A stretch of 63,584 nt of DNA, counting the filler, from Reclinomonas americana ATCC 50394 (taxonomy: Eukaryota), in NCBI GenBank assembly GCA_048213135.1. It is 14 parts of 14 records of this genome, joined end to end, with 100 filler letters (N's around TTAATTAATTAA, not from the genome) between each part and the next. Parts side by side here need not be neighbours in the genome. Positions count along the whole stretch, not along the records: positions 19,202 to 26,475 come from AFZH01019654.1; positions 26,576 to 32,195 come from AFZH01019655.1; positions 32,296 to 34,012 come from AFZH01019656.1; positions 34,113 to 38,145 come from AFZH01019657.1; 10 more parts are not named here. One strand, written 5' to 3'. A program made the translations under genes and the position numbers. Positions 24,801-36,429 of this stretch are shown here, piece by piece; position 1 is the first letter of the stretch, and each line of letters opens with the position of its first letter. The notes under the pieces were generated by a model. It saw nothing but the letters and a program-made list of their open reading frames with translations, was not told the DNA's origin and ran no database searches.

Positions 24801-27398
24801 GATAAGGCGGCCATGCGACAGCAGCAGCGCGAAGCCAAGCAGCAGCAGCGCCTGACCACTCCGGTCAAGGCGGAGCTGCAGGCCAAGGCAGCGGCGTTGG
24901 GTGAGAAGAAGCGTGCCCAGCAGGAGCCTGTGCAGCGACTTGCCACCCCCATGAAGCGAGAGATTGTGGCTGCCTCCGGACGCGTGCAGCAGAGCATTGC
25001 AGAGAAGCAGCAGGCGGCCGAGTTTCGTCGTGCACGGAACGCCTGAGATCCACGCGTGTTTCTTGTTCTCACTGCGTGCTTGTTGTTAGTCACCGTCTGC
25101 AGACTCCGCTGAAGCAGGAGCTGGCGAAGAAGAGCGCCGAAGTCAACAAGCAGCTGGCCGAGAAGAAGTTGCCGAACAAGCACATTGGCACGCCGCTCAA
25201 GTCGGAGCTCAAGAGTCGCAGCCAGGAAGTGCGCGAGGCACTGGACGAGAAGCGCATGTGCGTGTGTGTTTGACAGCGAAACTGCGTTCTTGCCCATCAA
25301 CTCTCTGACACAAATGGCACACTGCGCAGTGACGGCAAGCACATGTCGACACCACTGAAGCGCGAGCTCATCCAGCGCAGCGAGCAGTTTGTCGGCGAGA
25401 CGACGTACGTGACTTCCACGGCCAAGACCCTGGCGACGCCGCTGAAGCGCGAGATTGCCGAGTCGAGCAACCGCATGCGCGAGAATCGGTGAGTGTGTCC
25501 GTGGCTCCTCTTATCTAAATGCTTTTTTGCGCTCACGTGGTTTATTCGTGTGCGTGCAGGCCACAACCGGCACCGAAGGTTCTTTCCACCCCTGTGCGCT
25601 CGGAGCTGGTCGCATCGGCTCAGGCTCGTGCCATGGCCCGCCGACCAGTCACCGCTCTGCCGTCGCCGCTGCGCGAGGAGTTGAAGCGCGGCCAGTTTGC
25701 TCTCGCACCAGCGCCAAAGGTGAGAATGTGATGACGTGGCTTTTCCCGTGGAAACTCAAAGAAACCCAATGCACAGCCACAGGAAGCTGTGCAGGAGAAG
25801 GTGGAGGAAGAGGTCGCCGTTGTGCCATCGTCGCCCGAGGCTGCGAGCAACCAAGAGAATGAGGTCGCGGCTGACGATGAGGACGGTGAGGTGTTCTTCC
25901 GAGTCCGCAACAAGCGCAACTATGCGGATGTTGGTGAGTAACCGTCACTGTGTCTGCTGTTCATCGGTGTTTACTAATTCCTGCTTGCAGAGGAGGATCT
26001 GGACGACATCATGTCGCCGCCTGTCAAGAGCCCCGGCCGCAAGCGCCGTCGTCTGGGCACGCCGTCGGCCAAGTCGGCACCTGTCGCAATCAGAACAGCG
26101 CAGGGCAAGGTTCCGTCTGCATTCCCACTCCCCGCTCTTGTATCGCGCACCTGTCGCTGACGTACTGTTCTACGCAGCGCCTGACTGCACGCCGACGCAA
26201 GCTGGACGCTGCACCGGTGGCGGTGCCGCTGGCCAAGTTCGATCCCAGCCTGTTTGAGAATCTGCGCAATGGCGCCGCAGCGTCGGCTCGCGCCGCCTGG
26301 GTGCAGTCGCAAATGTCAAACGGCAGCAACGTGTTGCGTGAACTGGTTATAATGTGTTCAGTTCCCCCTTCCAGTGATGCTCACCCCCGTGCACAGAGAA
26401 CCGCGCTCCGCGGCCTTTACATTTGCCGAGCTGAAGGCTCTGAAGGCGGCAGCCGATGCCGCCGCCATGGCGCCANNNNNNNNNNNNNNNNNNNNNNNNN
26501 NNNNNNNNNNNNNNNNNNNTTAATTAATTAANNNNNNNNNNNNNNNNNNNNNNNNNNNNNNNNNNNNNNNNNNNNCGGCCCGCAGATGGCTCGCAAGTCG
26601 GCCACCCCACTGAAGAGCACCACCCCGCTGAAGAGCGCCACCCCACTGAAGAGCGCCACCCCACTGAAGAGCACCACCCCGCTGAAGAGTGCCACCCCGC
26701 TGAAGAGTGCGTCGACACCGACTCGTCCACCATCGACCAGCAAGCGCACTCGCGTCGCTCGCGGTGTGCAACAGACTGTTCCCTCGGTGGTCGTGGTGCC
26801 CCTCGGCTCCCACGCGCGCCTGCTGACGCCAATGGCCGACGATGCGTTCCAGGTGGAGTTTGACGAGCCCCCAATGCCACAGCCGGTGTTCGAGGCCGCC
26901 GAGCCGGAGCCGGTGGCTGAGGAGAAGCCGGCTCGCAAGGGTCGCCGCGCAACCATCTCCACCAAGAAGCAGGAGCAACCGGAGGAGGTGGAAGACGAGG
27001 AGGTGGAGCCGGCACCACGCAAGCGCGGAGGTCGCCGTGCCACTCAAGTGCCCGAGGAGCCGGAGGCGGTCAAGCCCAAGAGCCGTCGTGGCGCCGCTCG
27101 CCAGCCAGTGGTGGAGGAGGAGGAGGAGGTGGAGCCTGTCGCCGAGCCGATTGAGATTGTCGAGGAGCCACCGAAGAAGCGCGGCACCAAGGTCAGCGTG
27201 TATGTGTGTGTCTTCCATGCCCACTACTCTTTCTGACGCGCATGCTCCTTGTGCCACCAGCGCTCTGCGGTCGCTGAGCCCGAGCCAGTCGAAGTGACAG
27301 AAGAGCCCGCATCCAAGCGCGCCTCTCGACGCCGCACCGTGGCTCCCGCCGAGGTGCCCGCACCTGCCGCACGAAGCACTCGCTCCCGTCGCGCATAA
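21816..27398 (+). CDS. Ki-67-like protein: N-terminal FHA domain, PP1-docking motif, TP-rich internal repeats (spans gap 26476-26575)
   Basis: Exons 21816-21922, 21993-22074 and 22137-22260 encode VIVLSRAGTEGAAFPLEDRECTFGRGPSSDIRIQLSTVSRQHARI...IENCSSTQETIVNDEVIQGPVLLSNLDVITIADRMFRFE; RRKSVQW at ~23856; repeated RLxTP[LM]KxE[LI]. Confidence 0.8.
26595..26712 (+). repeat. 18-bp coding tandem repeat, about 6 copies of KS[AT]TPL
   Basis: AAGAGCGCCACCCCACTG-type units seen directly in frame. Confidence 0.9.
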
Positions 27399-27922
27399 TC
27401 AACTTTCATCAACCAACAATCAGCCTCACAATCATCACACTCTCTCTGTTGTTTCATCCGGTGTCTGTCTCTGTTCTCTCTCTCCCTCTGCCTCTCGCTG
27501 GTCGTTTTTTTCTCCTCGAAAGCAGACAACATCGCAATCCGCGCCCCCCAACGAGCGCCAATACACACACTCATCATGAACATTACGACAATTGTACAAT
27601 GAATGAGAAGCTTCTCGCAGTGCAAGAAACTTTCTCATTTCTCTCTCACACACTCACACTCACACACGCACGCACGTCTGATGTGCATCACTGCACAACA
27701 CACGCTCTCTCTCAGTACTCCATGTCTGGCGGCATCTCAGTGGTCAAGTTGTAAATCAAAATGGGATCGCCATTCTCGCATGTGGGCGCCTCCGCCTGCT
27801 TGAATGAGCAGACCAGTGCTGCGCATGCGCCGTCGCCAACAGTCTCTTCCACTTCGCTTCCAAAGTCCATGATGTTGGTGAGTGGACAGTCGCGGACAGT
27901 TTCCGCGCGCGTGACGTGTCGG

Positions 27923-27930
27923 TTTCCCGC
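27923..27930 (+). promoter_or_regulatory. E2F-type site TTTCCCGC just upstream of the RAD51C ATG
   Basis: Exact TTTSSCGC match about 30 nt before the start, with TTTCCGCGC and TGACGTG nearby; function inferred. Confidence 0.45.
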
Positions 27931-27957
27931 ATTGAAGTTTGCTTTCGAAGCACTTTG

Positions 27958-29795
27958 ATGGAGCTGTCGGTGCTTGACTTGGCGCCTCAAGTGCGCGCGC
28001 GTCTGCAGGCAGCAGGGTTTCAGAGTGTGGAGGATCTGCGGTGTGTGTCCACTTTGCTCTCTGCGCTCTCTCTGTGTGCACTCTGACTGTCGTGTGTTGC
28101 AGCAATGTCAGTGCGCGAGATGTGGCGAAAGGTGTGTGTGAGAGAAGAACAAGAAGAGAGAGAAGAGCAAGAAAGAGAGAAGAAGAAGGAGAGGAAGAAA
28201 GAGAGAAGAAGATGAACAAGAAGAAGGGTGGGGGGAGGAGGAGGAGGAGGAGGAGGAGAAAAAGAAGAGAGAGTAGAGCAAGAAAGAGAGAAGAAGAAGG
28301 AGACGAGAAGAAGGCGAGGAGAAGAGAGAGAGAGATCAACACTCACTGTTGCCTGTCACTGTCTCTGTTCTATGGGTGTGCAGAGTCGGGCGTCAACATG
28401 CGACAGGCGCAGAGTGTGGTGAGTGCGGTGGCGACTGTGCTTGGCACGGTGACAGCAGCCGCTGCTCCATCGGCTGCGCCGGAGAGTGGAAGTGGGTCGG
28501 CGTTGTTTGGCACCAGTGCGTTGGAGTTGTTTGAGGTGAGCTCGTGGAGAGAGAAGGAGACAATGCATTGATGATGATGATTTTCGTCGCGTGTGTCAGA
28601 GGCAAAAGAGCCGCAACCCCATCATCACCTTCTGCAAGGAGCTTGATGATATGCTCGGTGGCGGCGTGCAGTTGGCCAGTGTCACTGAATTCTGTTGCGT
28701 GGTGCTTCGCTCTCTATTTCTCTGTCTTTCTGAGCATCGCTCATGGTGAAGAAGGCGGCATCCCTGGCATTGGCAAGACGCAGCTGGCCATTCAGCTGGC
28801 TGTCAACGTGTGCATTCCGGCCGCCTTTGGCGGCGTCGAGGGAGAGGCCGTGTACATTGGTTTGTGTACATGGGCGCGTTTGTGTTGGTGTGGCAGTTGT
28901 CTAAACGTGGCGATGCAGACACCGAGGGCAGCTTCACTGTCGACCGCTGCGAGGAGATGGCGACGGTCGTGGTGAAGCACTTGCGCAGTGTTCGTGCACG
29001 ATCACCGCAAATCCAGGTGCGTCGCTTCCATCCCTTGCTTTCTTGTCGTTCTCGCGTGCTGATCGGCGCCGCGCCAGATCACGGACGAGGAGTTTGAGAG
29101 CAAGTGCAACGTCGACCACATCCTCGGCAGCATCCACTACTTTCGCGTGCACGACCATGCCGAACAGGTACGCACACACGCGGGAGTCTCTTCCCCCTGC
29201 TCACTGTTTCCTTGTCTCACCACCTTGGCGACCCAGATTGCCACCATCAACACCCTGGCGCATTTCATCGCCACCCGTGCACCGCGCGTCAAGCTGGTGG
29301 TGCTCGACTCCATCACCTTTCACTTTCGACACGAGTTCTCCAACTTTTCCGCACGCTCGCGTCTCCTGCACGGCATTGCACAGTCGCTCTCCGAGTTGGC
29401 CAACGAGCGCGAACTGGCCGCCGTCATTATCAATCAGGTGGCGTCGCTCTATTACTCTGCAGCTTCACCCACCTCTGTGCCTCACCCTCATCATTGCACG
29501 TCTCCCGCAGGTCACCACACGCTTCCTCTCCGCCACATCGGCACCGTATCTCGCTCCCGCCTTGGGTGAGAGCTGGGCGCACGCCACCACGCACCGTGTG
29601 GTGCTCTCCTTTGCGGAGGGCGCGCACGACGACGAGGGTGGCGTGCTCGCTTCCGCGAGCGTGCGCACAAGGCGGGCCGAGTTGCACAAGAGCCCCTCGC
29701 AGGCCGCCGGTGTCGCCAGATACGTGGTCACCAGTGATGGAATTCGCGGTGTCTCCTCAGCTGCCGCTAGAAGAGAAGGCAGTGGTGGGTCATGA
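27958..29795 (+). CDS. RAD51C: DNA repair protein RAD51 paralog C
   Basis: Spliced product [16 protein letters not shown]...[65 protein letters not shown] and [10 protein letters not shown], all RAD51C-diagnostic. Confidence 0.93.
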
Positions 29796-29837
29796 TGTAC
29801 AAAGAAGAAGGCATTCATGAAGATCCTGTTATTGTTA

Positions 29838-31908
29838 TTATTGCTGTGCACGCTTCCGTATCGCCGTCACGCCGTCGCGCATGGGCAGCAGAATGACGTC
29901 GCATGCACCGGCTTCGGCTTCGGCAAGCAGGCGCCGGTTGAATGCCCGCAAGTAGACGGCGCGCTTCTTGTCGTTGCTGTTGGACCACGGCGGCCACGTG
30001 TTTATCGACTCGTCGACGACGAGGCCACGGAACAGCGTGTTGTCGAACACGGCCAGACCACCGTCACGCAGCAGCGGTGTGCGCAGCAAGGCGTCCAAAT
30101 AATCGCCGTACGACTGCTTGTCGGCGTCCACAAAGGCAAAGTCGAACGACGGTCCCGTGTACGACTTGACGAATGCGCGTGCGTCTGTGTGATGCACGTC
30201 CACCTGGCAGCGCGGACCGACCACCACGTTCAGCTCGCGCAACGACTGGCGCACGATTTCTGCATGCTCCGCCGACGACTCGAGCGCCACGAGCGCACTC
30301 TCGGCACCCTCCAGCGCACTGGCCATCCACAACGTCGAGTAGCCGGTGAAGGAGCCAACCTCCAGCACCCGTCGCGCGCCAATCGACAGGCACAGGAAGC
30401 GCAACAGACCGCCCACGATGGGCCCACACATCTGCGCGCAGTCGATGAGCAATCCTGCATGTGTCTCTCATCTATATCACACCACCACCTCATCGTACCA
30501 TGTGAGCCTCGTCAGGGTATGCCGCGACGGTGCGCTTCTCCACCTTATCCAACAGAGGCCGGAGGTACGCGGGTGCCGAACTGTGCAGCTGCGCGTACAT
30601 TTCCAACCTGCGCGGCTGTCAACAAATGCTAATGCAACACGAGACCGCGCGCATCGACAATCACACCGGTGTACGTCGCTGGCGAGGTTTCGTGTGGCGT
30701 GCTTGCCACAGTCGACCGTCCTCGCCGGAGGAGAAGCGGGAGAGTCCTGCGACGACATGAACCGCGTCGAAAAGTTCGCGTTCCACGGACTTGGCGCCTT
30801 GTTGCGATCTGCATCGCTCTCAGCACGCACGCACGCACGCCAGCGGATGAGAGTGCACGACGAGTCACGTACCATCAAACACAAAATTCTCGCCGTGGAA
30901 CAGGGATCGCACCGAGCGACCCGATCGTCGCACCCAGTGCAGGTAATTGTCAATGCCACCGTCGAGGCGCCGCACATCAGAGAACCCCTACATAACACTC
31001 GTCAGCCTCCTTCTCCTCCTTTTCTGTTCGCCTGTACAACGCAACCATCTCCTTCAAGTAGGCACCGGCCTTGATGCACCGAATGCCGCCAGTGCAATAC
31101 ATGTACACTGGCTTGTCGCGCGGCAACGCCGCCGCCAGTCGCGGCAACGCATGCGTAAACGTCTCCCGAAACGTGTCCGTCTGCAACGGCGTGGCGTTCT
31201 CAAACCGGCCAGTCTCCGACTCATACCTGCATTCGCATCAACAAAAGAGGCCACCACGGACGTAACAAACCCCCCTGCAAACGCACCAGTTGCGAACATC
31301 CAGCACCACCGGTCGCTGCTGCGGCTGCTCCAGTGCATAATGCCACTCCTCTGGAGGCAGCGCGCGTCCACACAAGTCGTCCAAGTTGGCCGGAATCGCT
31401 CTCGAGCTCAACAACCGCTGATTCACCACATGCGTCGCCTCCAGCCCATCATTGACCAGCCGCTGCTTCAAGCGCACCACCAACGAGCGGAACGGAAGCT
31501 CCTCTTCTCCACACTGCTCCCATTCATCGTCATCACTCAGCACGCATGCATGCAAAGCACATAAGTCATTGTATCATTTACCTGCTCGCCCAGTCGCACC
31601 ACTGCCTGCTCACAGCGCACCCACTCCCGCAAGAGCGCGCTCACTGCCGACACGTGCTCCACAGGCACACACAACTGCGCATTGACGCCCTCGTGCATCG
31701 AGAGGAACACGCGACCGACGGCCGAGTGTGCGCCGAGCGCGCGCGTCCACTGTGCACGCACGCCCTCTGCACGCTCCTCATATGATGATGATGATTCTTG
31801 TGAGGCAGTGCACGGGAGGAGAGGTGTGTAGTGGTAAAACGTGAAGAGCTGGTGAGTGGCGGGGAGGGCGCTCAGGTGGCGACGAGCAAGGAGCGCAGTC
31901 GCCAGCAT
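29838..31908 (-). CDS. Fusion of TrhO/UPF0176 (rhodanese-type tRNA U34 hydroxylase-like) with a class-3 (CCoAOMT/TrmR-like) O-methyltransferase
   Basis: FYHY, GRVFLS.EGVNAQ, VLDVRNWYESETGRF, MYCTGGIRCIKA, LDGGI and FHGENFVFDDR (TrhO), then LEMYAQLHSS, MCGPIVG, RRVLEVGSFTGYS, FDFAFVDADK and VFDNTLFRG (OMT3); joined in frame by GT-AG introns. Confidence 0.82.
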
Positions 31909-32329
31909 ATGAAAGAGAAACTGTGGGACAACTTGGCTCTCATAGGCTCCTCCCTTTCTACACTCTCGTGCAGTTGAATTAACATGGGAGAGGGAGGCGC
32001 ATATGAGGAGGAGAGGAGAAAAAACGAGAGGAAAAAGTGAGGGAGACAACTGCACTGTGCAGCTGCAAGTCTCTCTCGATTGCTGCGCGGGAAAATGGTA
32101 AAGGAAAAAGCAGCGAACTGGTAAAGGGTGGAGAGTGTGTGTCTGGGCGTAACAAACAAAAGAACAAAAGAACAAAAAAAGCGGCGGGGCGGAGGNNNNN
32201 NNNNNNNNNNNNNNNNNNNNNNNNNNNNNNNNNNNNNNNTTAATTAATTAANNNNNNNNNNNNNNNNNNNNNNNNNNNNNNNNNNNNNNNNNNNNGGGGA
32301 AGGGGGAGGGGGGAGGGGGGAAGGTAGGC

Positions 32330-33350
32330 AGAAACACATAGGCAAGCAGAAACAAGCATAGGAATTGGGAAAGCTGCGAAACTGACAGCTTTCTCAGGAG
32401 TGAGTGACGAGTGTGCTACCACTTGCTGATCAGCGCAGTAAGAAAGGACGCCAGAAACGAGCAGAGAGGGATTGAATGTACAAAGCTGACAGCTCGCCTA
32501 TACCCCTGTTTCTCTCTCGAATGAATGAAGAGTGTGCAGAAAGTGGGAGGCAAGCAAAACAAGCAGAGTGAACGAACGCTGACGAACGCCGCTGACGGCT
32601 GGCCTCTCTCTTCCGAGTGAGTACAAAGTGTGCTTACCACTTGTCGATTGGTGAGGATGGAGGTGCAGGAAGTGAGGTAGGTAGAGACAAGCAGAGTGAG
32701 ATGATGAGAAGCTGACAGCCTTCTCTAGAACGAGCGACGAGTGTGCTTAAGACTTGTTGATCTGAGCGGATGGAAGCGCAGGGAAAGTGAGAAAGGCTGA
32801 AACAAGCAAAGAGGGATTACGAGGAGAGGTAACGAAGTTGTGACTTGCTTCTGCCTCTCTCTCACTCTCGATTGTGTGAAAAGTGGGAAGCGCAGAAAAA
32901 AGAGGCAAGGAAATCAAGCAGAGCAGGATTATGAGGACGGCAAAGAAGAGAACTCTCTGTTGAATGAGTGAAAAGTGTGCTACCGCTTGCCAATCAGTGC
33001 AGTAAACGGAGACAGGCAGAAACAAGTGGAGTGGGAATATGGGGAGAGGAAACAAAGCAGTTGACTTCACGCTGTTTCTCTCTCACGATTGTGTGGAGTG
33101 TGCAGAAAGAGGTGGTGAAGCAGGCAGCTCTCTCTCAAAAATGAGTAACAGTGTGCTTTGCACTCGTCAATCAGCGCAGATAAAAAGAGGCAGGCAGAAA
33201 CAAGTGGAGTGGGGATATAGAGAGAGCGACGACGCTGACAGCTTGCCTCTGCCTCTCTCTCTCTCTCTTGAATGTGTGACATGTGGGAAGCGCAGAGAAA
33301 GGAGGCAAAAGTAATCAAACAGAGCATGACTGACAGCTCGCTGCTGTCTC
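32330..33350. repeat. Degenerate ~100-200 bp repeat array, probably intronic to the exchanger gene
   Basis: Recurring GCAGAAACAAG, GCTGACAGC, AGTGTGCT(T)ACC(A/G)CTTG and ATCAGCGCAG motifs. Confidence 0.6.
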
Positions 33351-33374
33351 TCCTATCTGCCTCCCCTCTCTGCA

Positions 33375-35399
33375 GCAGTACGCAACATCGGATCCGAGAA
33401 GACGGCAACAACCACGAGGCCGATGGTGAGCAGCAGGATGATCTTCGTCCAAATGCGGCCTGCGGGGGTGCACTTGAGCAAGAGAGAGCATGGAGGAGGG
33501 AGAGAGGGGAAGCAAGGGAAGGAAGGAGAGTGAGCAAGGAGAAAGGAGAGAAAGGGAGGCGAGAACGAGGGAAGATAGGAGAGAGGGAGAGGGAAAGGAA
33601 GAGGAGAATAAAGAGGGAAGAGAAAAGAAACTTGGCGCAAGAGAGAGACAGAAAAGAGGGAAAACAGCTCAAAGCACAGAAGGCACAGAGAGAGAGAAGG
33701 GGGGAGGGAGAGAAAGTGGGAAAGAGAGAGAGACTGAGAAATGAAAGGGGGAAGAGAAAAGAGAGATACGGCTCCTGGCACAGAAAGGGGTGGGGAGCGG
33801 AAGTGAGGGAGGGCGAGAGCGAAGGTGGACGGGAGAGAGAGAAGAAGAAGAAGAAGAAGGAGGAAGAGAGAGAGAGAGAGAGAGAGAGGGTGAGAAAGAT
33901 GATAAAGTTCAACCACGCAACACTTGCTCTGCACCACCGGTCCACCCTCCTCCTCGTCCGACTCGGATTCCACAGACTGAATGGACGCTGGCGGCGGAGC
34001 CTCCTCGGGCACNNNNNNNNNNNNNNNNNNNNNNNNNNNNNNNNNNNNNNNNNNNNTTAATTAATTAANNNNNNNNNNNNNNNNNNNNNNNNNNNNNNNN
34101 NNNNNNNNNNNNGGTCGCAGCCGCTCCCGACTGCACACGCAATGTGTGAGTTTGATGGAAGAAACAGAGTGGCAGGAAGAAGAAACACACAGACCTTGGC
34201 CTTCGAGCGCCACTTGTCAAAGACCTTGCGTTCCACCAGGCGCTCACGCTCTGCCGTCTTGGACGAAAGTCCCTTGATCACGCGGAACATGACCGAGCTC
34301 TGCCCGCAATCGTGTCAGCACACAAGACAGCGGAAGTTGGCGGCGTTGACACTCACAGTGTGCAGCAGGGCGGCAATCTTACGTCGGTGCTCCTCCTCGG
34401 CCTTGGCCTGCGCAATAAGCTTCTCCTGGTAGCCTGCGAGAGAGTGAAAGAGTGAGAAATGAGGCACGGTGAAGGTCGGCTTTCAAGCGAGCGCAACTCG
34501 AGTTCAGCACTTGGTACACAGAGTAGGCGATGAGGGCGACAAAGGCCACGATGAATGTCGCCAGTGCCCAGTTCTTCTCGTGCTTTGCGACATTCTGCTT
34601 TTCCTCATCGGTCTTGGCTTGCAGGTACTGTAAAGGCGACGAGTGGGTGGTGTGCGCGAGGGATGACTCACAAACAATGGCCTGGTACCTCAAAAGCAAC
34701 ACCTGTGCATCGAGAAACATGAGTCTTTAGATCATGAAGCATGACTGCGCTGAGCGCCACGAACCTTGGATGAGGAAGTAGATGCTGTGGGGAATCAAAA
34801 TGAATGAGAAAAAAAGCAACAGTATCAAATCAATTCATACTCGCAGACCAGGAAGTGGCCATGGCAATCATCGCTGTGATCTTGACATCGCGGTCGACGG
34901 TCGCTCCCGTTCCGCGCAGGCCTGTGGCAGCCGATGAGACACGTGAGACTCTCGCACTGGCGATGGAGGGAATGAGGTGGCACGCAACTCCATCCGCGAG
35001 TGAGCTTCTTGTCGATGCTGATGCCCTTCTCGTCCAGATCGCAGCGCGCGAGGATGAGACTGTGGCGCGATGCAGTGAGGTCGGAAGGGGGTATGGGGGG
35101 AAGGAGGGAGAAGGGAGAGGGAGGAGAGGGAGGGGGGAGGAAGAGAAGAGAGGGAGGCAAGAAAAGGCACTGAGAAGAGAATGGAGAGAGGGGAAAGAGT
35201 AGGGGAGAACGGGGACGAAGAGAGAGGAGGAGAAAGGGAGGAGAGAGATATGAGAAGACACAGAGAAAGAGTGACACATCCAAACACAGGCGCCTTGCTT
35301 TAACATGACAGTGTGAAGCTTGAGATCAGGTCCTGATGCAAGAGATATCGAGGCACGGAGAGAAACACGGAGGGAAGAGAGAGCATGTGTGTGTGGAAA

Positions 35400-35435
<36 letters not shown>

Positions 35436-36345
35436 TTACATCAAGTGCAGTGGATGCAGAAACGTGACGGTGTGAAGCCGGCGACCAGGTCCTGGCGTCA
35501 GAGAGATAGAGGCACGCAGAGAACGTGTACCAAGTCGCCTGTGTCTTGCCTGTCTCTGCAACGCATCTGCCTCCGCTGCCCTTGAAATGTGAATCTCCCC
35601 CTCTTCGTCTCTCCGTGCCTACCTCTCTCTACCACATACACTCTCGCTCTCTCACTCTCTTTCCCTCTGTATCCCTCAAGCTCTCTGCCTGCTCATCTCT
35701 GCATGCCACAATCACCTGCACGAGTACGAAATGGTGAGCAGCATGATCGTGCTACCGGCCAGAGTTCCCACTCCGACAGCCTGAGCAACCAACAATGAAC
35801 AAGCGAGCAGAGGCCAAGCCCAAGACAACAAAGGCGCACACCAGCTGCTCCTGCGCATCCTCGCGCGTGCCAGTGGCTCCCGAGAAGAGAATGATGGCCG
35901 CGTCAGGCACCGCACCAAGCACCGGAAGCAGGAAACCTCCAATGAATCTAAAGGCGCACTGTTTGAGAGAGACACAGAAAGACAGAGAGACACATAGTGA
36001 TCGAGCAGCAAGTCACGCAACCCAGGCTGCAATCACGAATGAACGAGTGAGAATGAATGAGTGAGAATACGTACAAAGTGATTATTGTTGTGATTGATCA
36101 ATGCACGCACGCACCGAATCCCACACATCGAGCAACATCTCTGATCCATCGCCGATGAGTTTCGCGCCAAACGCCAACAGAGCACCGTAGCCAATGAGGA
36201 GAAGAATGTTGCCGAGCACAGAGGAGGCACACGGCCACACGGTTTCACACGAGTTGCCAGTGATATCGGCGCATGTGGGCGTCACTGCAAAGGCCAGAGC
36301 GAGCAGGGCCGCACAGGCGGCTATCAGACGCACTCGCGACTTCAT
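33375..36345 (-). CDS. NCL/EF-CAX-type cation/Ca2+ exchanger (3' end missing; spans gap 34013-34112)
   Basis: Signal peptide, then WPCASSVLGNILLLIGYG, DGSEMLL, IGGFLLPVLGAVPDAAIILFSG, VGVGTLAGSTIMLLT and AVFSDPM; these match the NCL family alpha-repeat motifs. Confidence 0.85.
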
Positions 36346-36429
36346 GAGTGCGAGAGTGCGAGAGTGGGAGAGAGAGAAACAAGAAGCTGTATCAATCAAT
36401 ACGCGGACATGCGGACGATTGTATTCTGT

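Noticed and set aside
27712..27870. Short minus-strand ORF MDFGSEVEE... divergent from RAD51C
   Set aside because: 52 aa with no recognisable motif; it cannot be supported without expression data.
33067..34060. Long ORFs of 219-292 aa on both strands
   Set aside because: Produced by GA/CT low-complexity intron sequence; only short exons are real.
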